Assembly (NCBI GenBank): GCA_016214885.1
Contig: JACRMP010000025.1
Span: 44,025-108,024, forward strand
Reading direction: 5' to 3'
DNA length: 64,000 nt
Origin: Candidatus Gottesmanbacteria bacterium
GTDB taxonomy: Bacteria; Patescibacteriota; Microgenomatia; UBA10105; UBA927
Positions 10,164-22,005 of the stretch are shown one piece after another. The notes under the pieces were generated by a model. The model was not told where the DNA came from, made no database searches, and worked only from the letters and a program-made list of their open reading frames with translations. Each line of letters opens with the position of its first letter. The first letter of the stretch is position 1. The position numbers were made by a program, and so were the translations under genes.

Positions 10164-10844
10164 ATGCATAAATGGGGTCTTATCGCTGTCAGCATACTTC
10201 TTTTGTTATTTGCGGGGTTATCCAAATACGAAGATAGGGCGTTTATGCGTGACTTTGATTTTTCCGTAACGGTCAGGGTACAGGAGCGGGTCGACAAATC
10301 AGCTCATCTAAGGGCTTCTGCATTTATCGGTAACCTTATGGAGGGTGCCACTTTTTTTGCCAGCCCGGAATTTACGGTGATAGTGACGCTGTTTATTACC
10401 GGTTTGTTTGCCTACGACAGAAAGAAAAAAGTATGGAATTATAAAGCTGCTATTGTTCCTATTGCTTTGGCGGCTATTGTGCTTTTGGAAATTTATGGAA
10501 AGACGATTGTCCATCATCCCTCTCCGCCGTTTGCCATGATAAAGCACCCAACTACTATTTTTCCTGCAGACTATATCAATGATCAGTTTTCATACCCCTC
10601 CGGTCACGCGGCCAGGGGAATGTTTATGGCTATCCTGGTAACTCTTGTCGTTGCTGCAGCCCGGCCAGCACGGAAGAATCATCTGATTGTTGCAATCGGG
10701 TGTATGGCAGTGTACGTTCTTCTCGTTTCGGTAAGCAGGATCTATCTTGGGCATCATTGGTTTTCCGATGTCGTAGGGGGATGGTTTTTGGGTATCGCTG
10801 CCGGTTTTTGCTGCGCGGCAGCACTGTACCGTAAGCACATATGA
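10164..10844 (+). CDS. PAP2-family phosphatase (second copy)
   Basis: YPSGHAARG and SRIYLGHHWFSDV motifs on a multi-TM protein. Confidence 0.7.
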   Translation: MHKWGLIAVSILLLLFAGLSKYEDRAFMRDFDFSVTVRVQERVDKSAHLRASAFIGNLMEGATFFASPEFTVIVTLFITGLFAYDRKKKVWNYKAAIVPIALAAIVLLEIYGKTIVHHPSPPFAMIKHPTTIFPADYINDQFSYPSGHAARGMFMAILVTLVVAAARPARKNHLIVAIGCMAVYVLLVSVSRIYLGHHWFSDVVGGWFLGIAAGFCCAAALYRKHI

Positions 10845-11842
10845 GTGTTGCAATAAAACGGATTATTCTGGGTATTGTCGTACTGGCGGAAGCAGGAGCA
10901 GTCCTCGTATTGGGGATTCTTCTGCTACAAGCGCTGCAGAAGAAAAATAACAGCATGCGGTATGCAGCACGGCTTCCCCGGCACCTCTATAGCACGCGCA
11001 TAACAAGCGACAGATTTCCACATTATTTTGAGCCGGAAATAAATGCAATTATCAATGATCAGCCTGATTGGTTGGATTATGAGGCTTCCTATTCAATAAA
11101 TGCCGACAGTTTTAATGAACGGGATGATTACTCCGTGACAAAAGCCCCGGGTACCTTCCGTATTATTACTCTTGGTGACTCATTCACCTACGGATTATTG
11201 GTAAACACCTATGAAAATTATTCCGAGCGTCTGGAAGATAAATTAAATGATGGACGTTGTCCGGAAACGCATTATGATGTGATCAATTTGGGGGTTCCCG
11301 CCTATGATGTGGGGTTTGCCGCCGAACGGTTTAAATTGCGCGGTCAAAAGTATAATCCCGATCTGGTAATTTGGTTTATGAATTTTTTTACCTTTCTTAT
11401 CGACGCCGACCGCAAAATGGAGTTGGAAACCGAATATCTGGCAAAAATACAGGATAGCGATCTCTGGCAAAAGATAAACGGAAGGGAAACATATTACCCC
11501 GGTCAGCTTGCGTGGATTCAGCATGTAGGAGAAGTGCCGGAGGAGATGCGGATTATGAAACAGGTTGCGTATTTTCGTGAGTTTTTGGATTCGTATCAGG
11601 GCCCGCTACTTATTGTGGTTAATGACGTGTCTTTGTGGCGGCCTTTAGCAAAAAACAGTCTTGAGCAGGCGCTTCTGTACCGGGATAACGCCGGAATATA
11701 CCCGATGGATCCGTTAAAGTCCGAGGGGGAACTGCTGGCAGATGGGCATCCTAGTGTTGCCGGGCATAAAAAAATCGCGGAAAATATTTATACCTATCTA
11801 TACTCCCATCAGCTGGATGCCGGGAAGGGTGTTTGCCGGTAG
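10841..11842 (+). CDS. Membrane-anchored SGNH/GDSL hydrolase (intact paralog)
   Basis: N-terminal signal anchor, block I ITLGDSFTYG, block III NLGVPAYD and block V DGHPSVAGH. Confidence 0.75.
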   Translation: MSVAIKRIILGIVVLAEAGAVLVLGILLLQALQKKNNSMRYAARLPRHLYSTRITSDRFPHYFEPEINAIINDQPDWLDYEASYSINADSFNERDDYSVTKAPGTFRIITLGDSFTYGLLVNTYENYSERLEDKLNDGRCPETHYDVINLGVPAYDVGFAAERFKLRGQKYNPDLVIWFMNFFTFLIDADRKMELETEYLAKIQDSDLWQKINGRETYYPGQLAWIQHVGEVPEEMRIMKQVAYFREFLDSYQGPLLIVVNDVSLWRPLAKNSLEQALLYRDNAGIYPMDPLKSEGELLADGHPSVAGHKKIAENIYTYLYSHQLDAGKGVCR

Positions 11843-11917
11843 CGGATAACACCTGTCCGTGACTGCCATTTCCCGGGTAAATAGAGCCGGATTAGTCCGC
11901 ATAAGGCGCACCTTGAC

Positions 11918-11950
11918 GGATAGGATACATGCCCCGTATAATACCCATAC
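11918..11950 (+). promoter_or_regulatory. Candidate sigma70-type promoter upstream of 16S (CTTGAC-17nt-TATAAT)
   Basis: cttgacggataggatacatgccccgtataat read directly from the sequence. Confidence 0.35.
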
Positions 11951-11992
11951 AATGAGTGACTAAGAGCTGACCATTGGACTTGGGATACATAT

Positions 11993-12017
11993 CCCGACCG
12001 AATGGTCGGGTTTTTTG
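11993..12017 (+). terminator. Rho-independent terminator-like hairpin (CCCGACC-GAAU-GGUCGGG + U6)
   Basis: A perfect 7-bp GC-rich stem followed by TTTTTTG, downstream of the SGNH gene. Confidence 0.45.
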
Positions 12018-12154
12018 TCTTTATTGCGGTCGACGGGGAATCAGTGTGATTTCTTCTCGAAACTATATAGCCCTTTAACAATCGAATGGTGATAGGAATT
12101 TTTATTGATGTAAGCAGATTTTTGGTCAAACAAAAGTCCTTATGTCAATTTTTT

Positions 12155-13906
<1,752 letters not shown>

Positions 13907-14123
13907 ATTTGAAAAATATCGATCGATCGAGATATTCCGCATTTAGCGGAATGGTCTTTGATATTTTTCTCTCAAAACCCAAGGTTCTATGCATATTTTT
14001 ACAGGTTGCTTCCGCTTTATGCGGTGTGACGGTAATTACTTGCTCTGAACCGGTCCCTATCACCATTCGGTTGTTAAAGGCAACAACAGTCCCACTCTTA
14101 CCGGTGGGATTTTTAGTATTCAG

Positions 14124-14281
14124 TTAGCGAATGAATTCTTATTCATGAGCTTACTGAATACTATGGTTTGCTTCGCGTAGCGATTTTTATTTAGCATAAC
14201 CATTGTGCATGTTAGCGAATGAATTCTTATTCATGAGCTTACTGAATACTATGGTTTGCTTCGCGTAGCGATTTTTCTGAC
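14124..14281. repeat. Two ~70-bp direct repeat copies, each with an internal palindrome, between 16S and the HAD gene
   Basis: GTTAGCGAATGAATTCTTATTCATGAGCTTACTGAATACTATGGTTTGCTTCGCGTAGCGATTTTT occurs at ~14124-14193 and again at ~14212-14281. It contains the palindrome ATGAAT-TCTT-ATTCAT. Confidence 0.6.
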
Positions 14282-14294
14282 ATAATACGGCTAG

Positions 14295-14981
14295 ATGAAA
14301 CGAAAAATTGATCTCACAAAGCTATTTACCGATGCCTTTGCCGTCATCTGGGACATGGACGGCATCCTGGTCGATTCGGAATCGTATCATTTTACGGCTC
14401 ACACCCGGGCATTTGCCGAGTTTGGCCTCACGCTCACCGAGGACTATTACAAAAAATACGGCGTTTCCGTAGATCCGCAGATTTTTTATGCAAAAGCATT
14501 CGCCGATGCCGGTAAACCATTTGATGATTTGCAATTTCTTAAAGTCCATTACCGCAAGATGGAGTTGTATCAGAAGATGCAGCGTGAACAGGGGATAAAG
14601 CTCATTAATCCCGCAGCTACGATTGTGAAACGGCTTTATAACAACGGGGTGCTTATGGCAATAGCCTCTCAGGTCGACCGCGAGGAAGTAACGCGCAACC
14701 TGCGGGGAACCAGCTTGCTTCATTATTTCCCCATAATCGTTTCCGGCGGTGATTTTGGACTTAAAAAGAAACCTGCACCAGACATATACGCGAAAGCAGT
14801 CGAGATGCTCAATGTAACACCTGCTAAATGCATTGCTATCGAAGATTCTCTCGTAGGGGTTATGTCTGCTATTGCCGCAGGAATTCCCTGTCTTGCAGTA
14901 CCCAACCATTTTACCAAACATCAGCAGTTTCCTCCTGAGGCCATACTCACCAACTTTAAAGAGATCGCCTCCGCGATATAG
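14295..14981 (+). CDS. HAD-superfamily hydrolase, subfamily IA (beta-phosphoglucomutase/phosphatase-like)
   Basis: Motif I VIWDMDGILVDSE, motif III K, motif IV IAIEDSLVGV. Confidence 0.75.
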   Translation: MKRKIDLTKLFTDAFAVIWDMDGILVDSESYHFTAHTRAFAEFGLTLTEDYYKKYGVSVDPQIFYAKAFADAGKPFDDLQFLKVHYRKMELYQKMQREQGIKLINPAATIVKRLYNNGVLMAIASQVDREEVTRNLRGTSLLHYFPIIVSGGDFGLKKKPAPDIYAKAVEMLNVTPAKCIAIEDSLVGVMSAIAAGIPCLAVPNHFTKHQQFPPEAILTNFKEIASAI

Positions 14982-14996
14982 TAGAATAGTGGGTGC

Positions 14997-17357
14997 ATGA
15001 ACCCATACCTCAGGGATATACTGATCCGTTTTTTTATCCCGTTTTGTGTCATCGCCATGATCACCGGACTGCTTTTCCGGCCGTTTATTATCCGCGGACA
15101 CATACCGCTTCCTTCGAATTACATGATGGCGTGGTATGAGCCTTGGAAGTCTGAAACGATGGTGAATGGCGCACCCACTATCATTCACAAGCCGGTTATC
15201 GACGATGCGTTTAGGCATTTGTATCCGCTGCGGGAGCTTGCCGCCGCGGTTATAAAAGACGGCCAGTGGCCGTTATGGAATCCCTATAATGCGGCAGGAA
15301 CCCCACTTTTGGGTATTATGCATCCCGGGTACTTAACGCCGTTTGGTATATTTTTTCTTTTTATGCCCTCTCCCGTAGCATGGGGTTGGTATGTTTTGCT
15401 GCAGCTTATTACTTTGGGGGCAGCAGTGTACTGGTACGGAATGACCATGAGATTGTCACCCCGTGCATCGCTTGTTAGTGCAGTAATACTCATGTTGTCT
15501 GGTTTTTCCGTGGTGCGCTTGGAATATGGGGAGTTCCTGTATGTCCTGGCCGGGTTGCCGGTATTGCTTGGATTAATCGAACTCAGGAAGGATAACAATG
15601 CACACAGGAGTATTGTTGTGGTGCCCATGATAGTCGTCATAATGATGCTTTCCGGGCAGCCGCACATGATTATCTATACACTTTCCGTTTTTGCGTTTTA
15701 TACACTTACGCGTCTGCCGCTTGCCGGAACATTCAGGGTTGCGGGACTCGCATTGCTGGGCGTCGGACTATCGGCAATACAGTTAATTCCCAGTGTCGAA
15801 TTGTATACGCTTTCGACCATTACCCAGGAATCAAGCTCATTCATTTTTGATCGGTTTTTATTGCCTTTTGCTCATCTTATTACCATTATTATTCCGAATT
15901 TCTTCGGCAACCAGGCTACGTACAATTATTTCGGCCCGCATGACTATACAGAGACTACGGCCTATGTCGGAACCATCCCGGTTTTTCTTGCATTGGTTGC
16001 GGTCATGAAGCAGTGGAAGGATGTAAGGGTAAGATTTTTTGTCGTCCTTGCGGTTTTATCTATACTCACCACCATTGATTGGTTCGGTGCCCGGTTGTTT
16101 TTTATGCTTCCTATACCGGTGTTGTCGGCAGATGTTCCGAGCCGGATTTTTGTACTGACCACCTTCGCTGTTTCTATCCTTGCAGGCTTCGGATTTTCCG
16201 AATGGGAAGGTGCGTCAGCCGCATACCGGAAGAAAATGCTTACCATAATGGGTATAGTGCTGGCCGCTATTGCCGTTGTGACAGTAGTCGTGTATCAGAT
16301 GAAGGTTCCCTGTCCGTCAACTGAAGTGCCCCAGTGCAGATTGATAAGCCTCCGGACTACCGCGGTTGAACTATCGGTATTTGCAGCGTTCATTTTTGCA
16401 GGATTGGTCTTTGCGAAAACCCGTGGATTAGTCCGTATGGCTGCAGGATGCATGCCTATTATGCTTATTGCATGTATCGGGCTTTATAACGGACAGAAGT
16501 TTTTACCGTTTTCTCCGCCGGAAATGGTATCACCGAAAATTCCTATGATCGCAGAGCTCCAAAAAGAAACAGGAATTGACCGGTATGCAGGTATAGGTGA
16601 CGCTTATATCCGCACCAATTTAATGACAGGCTTTAGAGTGCATAGTACTGAATATTTTGATCCCCTAAACGTCAAACGGTATGCGGAGCTGGTTTCGTAC
16701 GTAAACCATGCCGATATCACAAAAGGGGTATCAAGGAGCGACATATTGGTTAACTCCGATGCAACGGTAAGCGCAGAGTTAGCTAACCGTCGCAACCGGT
16801 TTTGGGATATGACCGGAACGGCGGTAATACTAACAAAAAATGATGCTTCGCTGCCGGCATTTGGTAACGCGGTGTGGGAGGACAAAATTTGGCGTATAAG
16901 CAGGCGGATGACAGCTTTTCCCAGGGCATATGTCGCAGAAAAGGTGCTGGTGGAGCCGGACAGTGCAACACAATTATCCAAGATATTCGATCCTGAATTG
17001 GATATAACTCACACGGCTTTTGTAGAGGATCGCATAGAAGGATTGCAGGGTGTTGGTACACCATCAGGGAAAGCGGCAGTGCTTAGTTATTCCCCCAATA
17101 GGGTGTCAATTAGCGCCGAGGCCTCTACGACATCAATGCTCGTGTTATCAGACACGTATTATCCCGGCTGGAAGGCAACCGTTGACGGCATTGAGCGGAA
17201 AATTTACCGGACTAACTACGCCTTCCGCGGCGTTGTAATTCCGGAAGGTAAGCATACCGTAGAATTCCGCTATGAGCCGGAGTCATTGCGTATCGGTCTT
17301 TGGGTGAGCGCCTTATCACTTATCGTATGGGGTATCTATATTTACCGGAGGAAGTAA
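14997..17357 (+). CDS. YfhO-family polytopic membrane glycosyltransferase (GT-C)
   Basis: ~14 TM helices. The C-terminal domain carries the YfhO hallmark LSDTYYPGWKATVDG...YRTNYAFRGVVIPEGKHTVEFRYEP. Confidence 0.75.
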   Translation: MNPYLRDILIRFFIPFCVIAMITGLLFRPFIIRGHIPLPSNYMMAWYEPWKSETMVNGAPTIIHKPVIDDAFRHLYPLRELAAAVIKDGQWPLWNPYNAAGTPLLGIMHPGYLTPFGIFFLFMPSPVAWGWYVLLQLITLGAAVYWYGMTMRLSPRASLVSAVILMLSGFSVVRLEYGEFLYVLAGLPVLLGLIELRKDNNAHRSIVVVPMIVVIMMLSGQPHMIIYTLSVFAFYTLTRLPLAGTFRVAGLALLGVGLSAIQLIPSVELYTLSTITQESSSFIFDRFLLPFAHLITIIIPNFFGNQATYNYFGPHDYTETTAYVGTIPVFLALVAVMKQWKDVRVRFFVVLAVLSILTTIDWFGARLFFMLPIPVLSADVPSRIFVLTTFAVSILAGFGFSEWEGASAAYRKKMLTIMGIVLAAIAVVTVVVYQMKVPCPSTEVPQCRLISLRTTAVELSVFAAFIFAGLVFAKTRGLVRMAAGCMPIMLIACIGLYNGQKFLPFSPPEMVSPKIPMIAELQKETGIDRYAGIGDAYIRTNLMTGFRVHSTEYFDPLNVKRYAELVSYVNHADITKGVSRSDILVNSDATVSAELANRRNRFWDMTGTAVILTKNDASLPAFGNAVWEDKIWRISRRMTAFPRAYVAEKVLVEPDSATQLSKIFDPELDITHTAFVEDRIEGLQGVGTPSGKAAVLSYSPNRVSISAEASTTSMLVLSDTYYPGWKATVDGIERKIYRTNYAFRGVVIPEGKHTVEFRYEPESLRIGLWVSALSLIVWGIYIYRRK

Positions 17358-17365
17358 AATACGTG

Positions 17366-17437
17366 AGGCGCGTGCCGGAATTGAACCGGCGCATGGGAGT
17401 TTTGCAGACTCCTGCGTTACCACTTCGCCAACGCGCC
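17366..17437 (-). tRNA. tRNA-Cys (GCA)
   Basis: Cloverleaf read from the reverse complement: GGCGCGT acceptor stem, anticodon loop CUGCAAA, T-arm GCCGG-TTCAATT-CCGGC. No encoded CCA. Confidence 0.75.
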
Positions 17438-17458
17438 ATATGAACGCTCTTTATTGTA

Positions 17459-19818
17459 TCAAGAATGACGCTTAGGGGACAACCACACAAGATAACCGAG
17501 AGCTAAAATTCCGGCAATCGTACCCGCTAACCCGACTTTCCATGACCAAGGTTCGTATCTAAATTGAATCGTATGTGTTCCCTGTGGTGCAATAACAGCC
17601 CTAAATGCATAGTTTGCCCGGTATAGTTTGGTATGTTTACCGTCCACATAGGCTTTCCAACCCGGATAATAAGTGTCAGACAAGTACAACATCATGGGGC
17701 CATTTGTCTCCGTTTTTGCTGTTACGGTATTTGCGGTATACGCGGTAATCACCGCAGAACCGGTTGATTCGCTGCGGAGTGATTCAGCGGGTCGTTCTTC
17801 CAGAAACAGCGTCTTTCTGATGTCAGTGCCGGTAGCATAGAGGGATGTAAGGATCTTATTTCCGTCCGGTTCGATCCGTATATCGGTAAACAGATGCACC
17901 CGGGGCAATGCACCCTCATGTTCGTGGACGGCATAGGTGCCGTCATCCCATATACGCGGAAGATTAGAAGGGTCTGCAGCAACAGTCTGGCGGTTGCGGT
18001 CCGGCGTAAGCTTGCGGGCGATATATTTTACCCCCAATAGTTCAAGCGTCTTTTTCCGGTATGGGTCAGCAAAGATGTCGTCGAGATGATCGGTTGACTG
18101 GATAAGAGCGTTTGCGCGGTCGGGGGTGAGCGATGTGCCCCGTGAGTTTGCATACGCCAGAAATTCGGCATACCGCCGTATGATGATGGAGTCATATCCC
18201 TCAGGGGAATACACGCCATACTGCGATGCAAAGTTTTTTTCTATGTAGCCGTTGTCGTAGGTCCAGAACCGGTCATAGCTATGCTTTTTAAGCTCCGTAA
18301 AGACCGGCGAGGCAGGATATACAAACCGCCGTTCGGAAAAATACATATATTTTTTGGCGAACATAAATATATTGCCAAGCAGTATGAGGGTGAGAACCAC
18401 AAAACCAGCCGTTTTTACAGATTTCTTAAGATAGGTAATCCACAGGATGGTGAGCGCGGCTATCATGCTGGCTGCTGGTATTGCCAGATTTCTTAGGGTT
18501 ATAACGTAAGTGGTGTTTTTGTCATCAATGTACCTGCTGATAACGGGTACTGCAGCTGCAGCGATAAAGCTGAGAACTGCGATAATTGTCATCCACATGA
18601 GTACTTTTTTCGGGAGTGTTTTTCCGTATTGTTCTGCCGCAAATGCGGTAAGCACTGATCCCGTGAACGTAACCAGCATCATTATCCGTGACGGCGTCAT
18701 GGTGGACAGTAATGGAAGCTTCAGATAATACAGGATAAGCCAGGTGGTGGGGATAGAGAGCGTAAGCGATAGAAAAATCAAAAATGTAATCCGGAAAAAT
18801 TTTCCATGTATGGCCGTCGACTTCCATTGCAGCAGCTGGGAAATGATAAAAAGAAACGGCACCACCCCAAGAAACATAAGTCGCTCATGGTAGAATCCAC
18901 CACCAAAATAGTTATACGTTGCGGGATTGCCGAAATAATCCGGGGCAAATACCGTCACCAGCCGGGTGAGCGGCAGCAGATACGCGTCAAAAATGTATTT
19001 GACATCGGTCGATACCCGTGTTGAGAGTGTATATGCTTCCATATTCGGGATAAGGTGGATAGCGCTTAAAAGCAGTGACAAGGGTATAGCGCTCCCCAAG
19101 GAAGCGAGCGTTTTTATGCTGTTTGGGGAATCTAAGCTCCGGTAGAGTATCCAAATTCCGGTAAACAGATACACATAAAATGTCATCTGAAAAGCTCCCG
19201 ACATTACAGAAAGCGCCAGAGAAGCAGCAAGAAGTGCGACCCAAACGCCGCTTGGTTTTTTCATGTACCGCTCAACAGCGGTAAGCCCGACCGGCAGGAA
19301 TAGTGATGAATAACCGAACAGATAGCTTTCCTGCCACCATGTCATGAAGAACCCGGAAAACGCAAATGAAATTGATCCAACAAACTTAGCCGGGCGGGAA
19401 AACCGGAGCGAGCCAAGGAACACATACATAGCCAGAGCGGTAAGTATTGGCTGGAGTAGCATGATGATGCTCCACGCATCGATAGGAGGGATTACGGAAA
19501 ATAGCCACGACAAGGGGTGGAATATCGCTGATTGGAAAAATTATGGGGGTTCCATAGGGGTATTTCGCCGCGCTTTAGCGAGTCTACCGCAACCGTTTTT
19601 ACGGGAAAGTAGATCCGTACGTTATCAAATCCCATCGCTTTGTTAGGCGGACCGTTAGGGTATTCCGGGACAGGATATGAACGCCATGGTTCGTAGTAGG
19701 AGACGAGTAGGTTTGCGGGAAACGGGACTAAACTTTTAACAAAATAGTCACGGAAAAGAAATAAAGAAAAGAAAATAATAATGAGAATGGGTACAAACTG
19801 TTTCCAAGGCGCGCGCAT
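17459..19818 (-). pseudogene. Second YfhO-family paralog, disrupted by a frameshift at an A5/T5 homopolymer (~19526-19530)
   Basis: The N-terminal fragment (19818..19492, SYYEPW...LWNPHN) and the main body (19513..17459) both align to the 14997 paralog. Reading frames switch between NPHN and AIFHP, which straddle the T5 run. The C-terminus is YYPGWKAYVDG...FRYEP. Confidence 0.6.
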
Positions 19819-19898
19819 AGCCCTAAGCGTATCAGCAACACTCCTAACTTTCAATTGAGGCTGAAGCCCGGCTTGTGATACAATTATCGAGTTGATTT

Positions 19899-19970
19899 GG
19901 GTGCGTAGTTCAGTGGTAGAACGCTTTCCTGATAAGAAAGAGGTCCATAGTTCGATTCTATGCGCACCCA
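19899..19970 (+). tRNA. tRNA-Ile (GAU)
   Basis: GGGTGCG acceptor stem, D-loop AGTTCAGTGGTAGAAC, anticodon loop CUGAUAA, T-arm TTCGATTC. No encoded CCA. Confidence 0.8.
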
Positions 19971-20015
19971 CCCAATATCACTGGAATTTAAACTCCCTGC
20001 CCCAATTGTATCGAT

Positions 20016-20594
20016 ATGGCAGTAGAGCGTTTGGTTGAATCCCGCATCAGTATCCGCAATGTTGAGATGTCCCCGATATATAAGTTATTGTCGCTGGATG
20101 AATCATGTGAATTTGTTCGCCTCGCCCACGAACGGGGAAAGTCAGTTATTCTTCTTGAAGGCACCTGGGATCTCACTCATCCGGGGCATGTGCAGCATAT
20201 CAGGGAAGCCAAAAAACATGCGGATTTGGTGCTCTTGAAGCTGGCGAGTGCGGAGTATGCCAACAAGTACAAAGGGGAAGACAGGCCGATCGAGAGGTTT
20301 AGGGATATGATCGTTTCAGAGTTTGAGAATGTAGACGCGGTATTTGTGGAAGAGAAAGCAATCCCACCCGATAACGTTTCCGAGAACGCGCGGGTGCTGG
20401 TGCAGCTAAATCCGGATAAGGTGGCCATGGAAATTGAAGATGAGCATTTCTTCCCGAAAATAAAAACCGTGGATTATGCAAACCGGCACCTGGGTAAGCA
20501 CATAGAGCCTGTGGTTATGGTGCTGCCGTATGTGACTTCCACCACAGAGATAGTGAGTAAAATCCGCAAAACGCCGGCGGTTACTGGTAAATAA
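20016..20594 (+). CDS. Cytidylyltransferase-family nucleotidyltransferase (TagD/RfaE-domain-II-like)
   Basis: HxGH motif GTWDLTHPGHVQHI and a C-terminal STT motif (VTSTTEIVSKIRK), as in glycerol-3-phosphate cytidylyltransferase. Confidence 0.7.
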   Translation: MAVERLVESRISIRNVEMSPIYKLLSLDESCEFVRLAHERGKSVILLEGTWDLTHPGHVQHIREAKKHADLVLLKLASAEYANKYKGEDRPIERFRDMIVSEFENVDAVFVEEKAIPPDNVSENARVLVQLNPDKVAMEIEDEHFFPKIKTVDYANRHLGKHIEPVVMVLPYVTSTTEIVSKIRKTPAVTGK

Positions 20595-21981
20595 CAACCG
20601 GGGTGCCAATGTCGGCAAACTGATATACTTCTTTGGAGTCTCCGATATCAAGCGCGACACAACCTCCCGTATTCGGAACACCGATAAACTCGCGGGGGCG
20701 CTGGATTTTATTTCCGCCGGTATAGAAGTACGGTAGTTCGTGGATGCCGAAATATGCGTGGAGTTCTTTAGAGTACTCAAATCCCATCCAGTACGGCATC
20801 CACACGTTGTAAATGTTAGAAAACCCGAGCCCTGTTTTGTTGAGTATTTTAAATGTCCCTACCGGAGTGGGGTAATCCTTGCCGGTAGACACACGGTAGG
20901 TTTTTACCAGTGTTTTATTGCGGAAGGTAAATAATTTTTGCTGGGAAATATCTATTTCGATGTATTTATCGGCAAGTTCTCCTTCGGTATTGGGTCCGCT
21001 ATCGACCCCCACTTTAACCGATTCCGCGGGACCCCCCTCATAGCGGGTGACGAGTGCATTTTTTATTCCGTTGCCGACCCGCTCCACTGCCGTTACCGGA
21101 TTAAACGTGGCAGCATATACGGAGAGTGCGGTGGTGAGATCAGGAAGGAACAGTTCCGTGTTTAAAGTAAATTTTGCGTCTCCCGTTTCTGCAGTGATGC
21201 TTGCAGTGGTGTATTTTCTCAGGTCCTCCGGAGAAAGAGTTATAAACTGATTTGTTCCGTTCATGCCCACGATCACGGTAAGCGGGCTATTATATGTTCG
21301 GGCAAGGTTGGCGTTGGTATTAGCTACCTTTTCGATAAGCTCATTAGGAGCTTCCACCAGGGGAACGGTGAGCGGGGTATCGGTTCTGCCGAAATGGTGC
21401 AGCAGTTCAGTCTGAAATTGCAGAAGATCAACGGTATAGCGCTGTTGGGGGGCGTATACCGTGGCTTGCTTATTGTTTTGATCTATGTAAACGATATCCG
21501 TGCCGGTTAAACCTGCATCATTTATCTTATCGACGTACTCGTAAAATTCCTGGGAGAACGAAAGGGGGATCTGTATTCTGCGGGGGGTAAAAAGCTGACG
21601 TATCATAGCGGGAATTTTTTGGAAAAACGGTTTCCTGTTCGGGGCAAAGATCTCTTGTTCTACCGCGTCCGGATCCATATATATCCCTAGATGTTCATAA
21701 GTGAGGTCATAGGACTGGGCGTTTATGATGAGCGGCAGTGAGGTGGCGTAATAGGCGGACAAATGCGAACGGATTTTTTCTTTCGTCATAAGTCCCAGGT
21801 TAGCGCTTCCTACCATAGTATTGGGGAAGCTTAAAATGTTGGTGCCGATCATAAGCACAAACAGCATGTTTATGACGGTAAACAAGGTAAGGATTTTTTT
21901 CCGTGTGAGAATGCGCTTTTGACGCAGGTGGTGGGTGATTTTTCGTGCGTGGTTAACCGCGTGGAGGACATGCCGCTTCAT
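20581..21981 (-). CDS. L,D-transpeptidase (YkuD) domain protein with an N-terminal TM anchor
   Basis: C-terminal catalytic motif FGIHELP...NTGGCVAL (an H...SHGC-type variant). N-terminal signal anchor. Confidence 0.7.
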   Translation of the reverse strand: MKRHVLHAVNHARKITHHLRQKRILTRKKILTLFTVINMLFVLMIGTNILSFPNTMVGSANLGLMTKEKIRSHLSAYYATSLPLIINAQSYDLTYEHLGIYMDPDAVEQEIFAPNRKPFFQKIPAMIRQLFTPRRIQIPLSFSQEFYEYVDKINDAGLTGTDIVYIDQNNKQATVYAPQQRYTVDLLQFQTELLHHFGRTDTPLTVPLVEAPNELIEKVANTNANLARTYNSPLTVIVGMNGTNQFITLSPEDLRKYTTASITAETGDAKFTLNTELFLPDLTTALSVYAATFNPVTAVERVGNGIKNALVTRYEGGPAESVKVGVDSGPNTEGELADKYIEIDISQQKLFTFRNKTLVKTYRVSTGKDYPTPVGTFKILNKTGLGFSNIYNVWMPYWMGFEYSKELHAYFGIHELPYFYTGGNKIQRPREFIGVPNTGGCVALDIGDSKEVYQFADIGTPVVIYQ

Positions 21982-22005
21982 GTTATTAGGCTACCAGAAC
22001 CGGCC

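Noticed and set aside
14322-15218. 298-aa ORF on the minus strand spanning the HAD gene and the YfhO start
   Set aside because: It is antisense to two genes with clear family motifs and has no motifs of its own; a shadow ORF.
19818-19971. The extended N-terminus of ORF 19492..19971 (MGAHRIELW...)
   Set aside because: This part is antisense to tRNA-Ile. The real start of the YfhO fragment is the Met at 19818.
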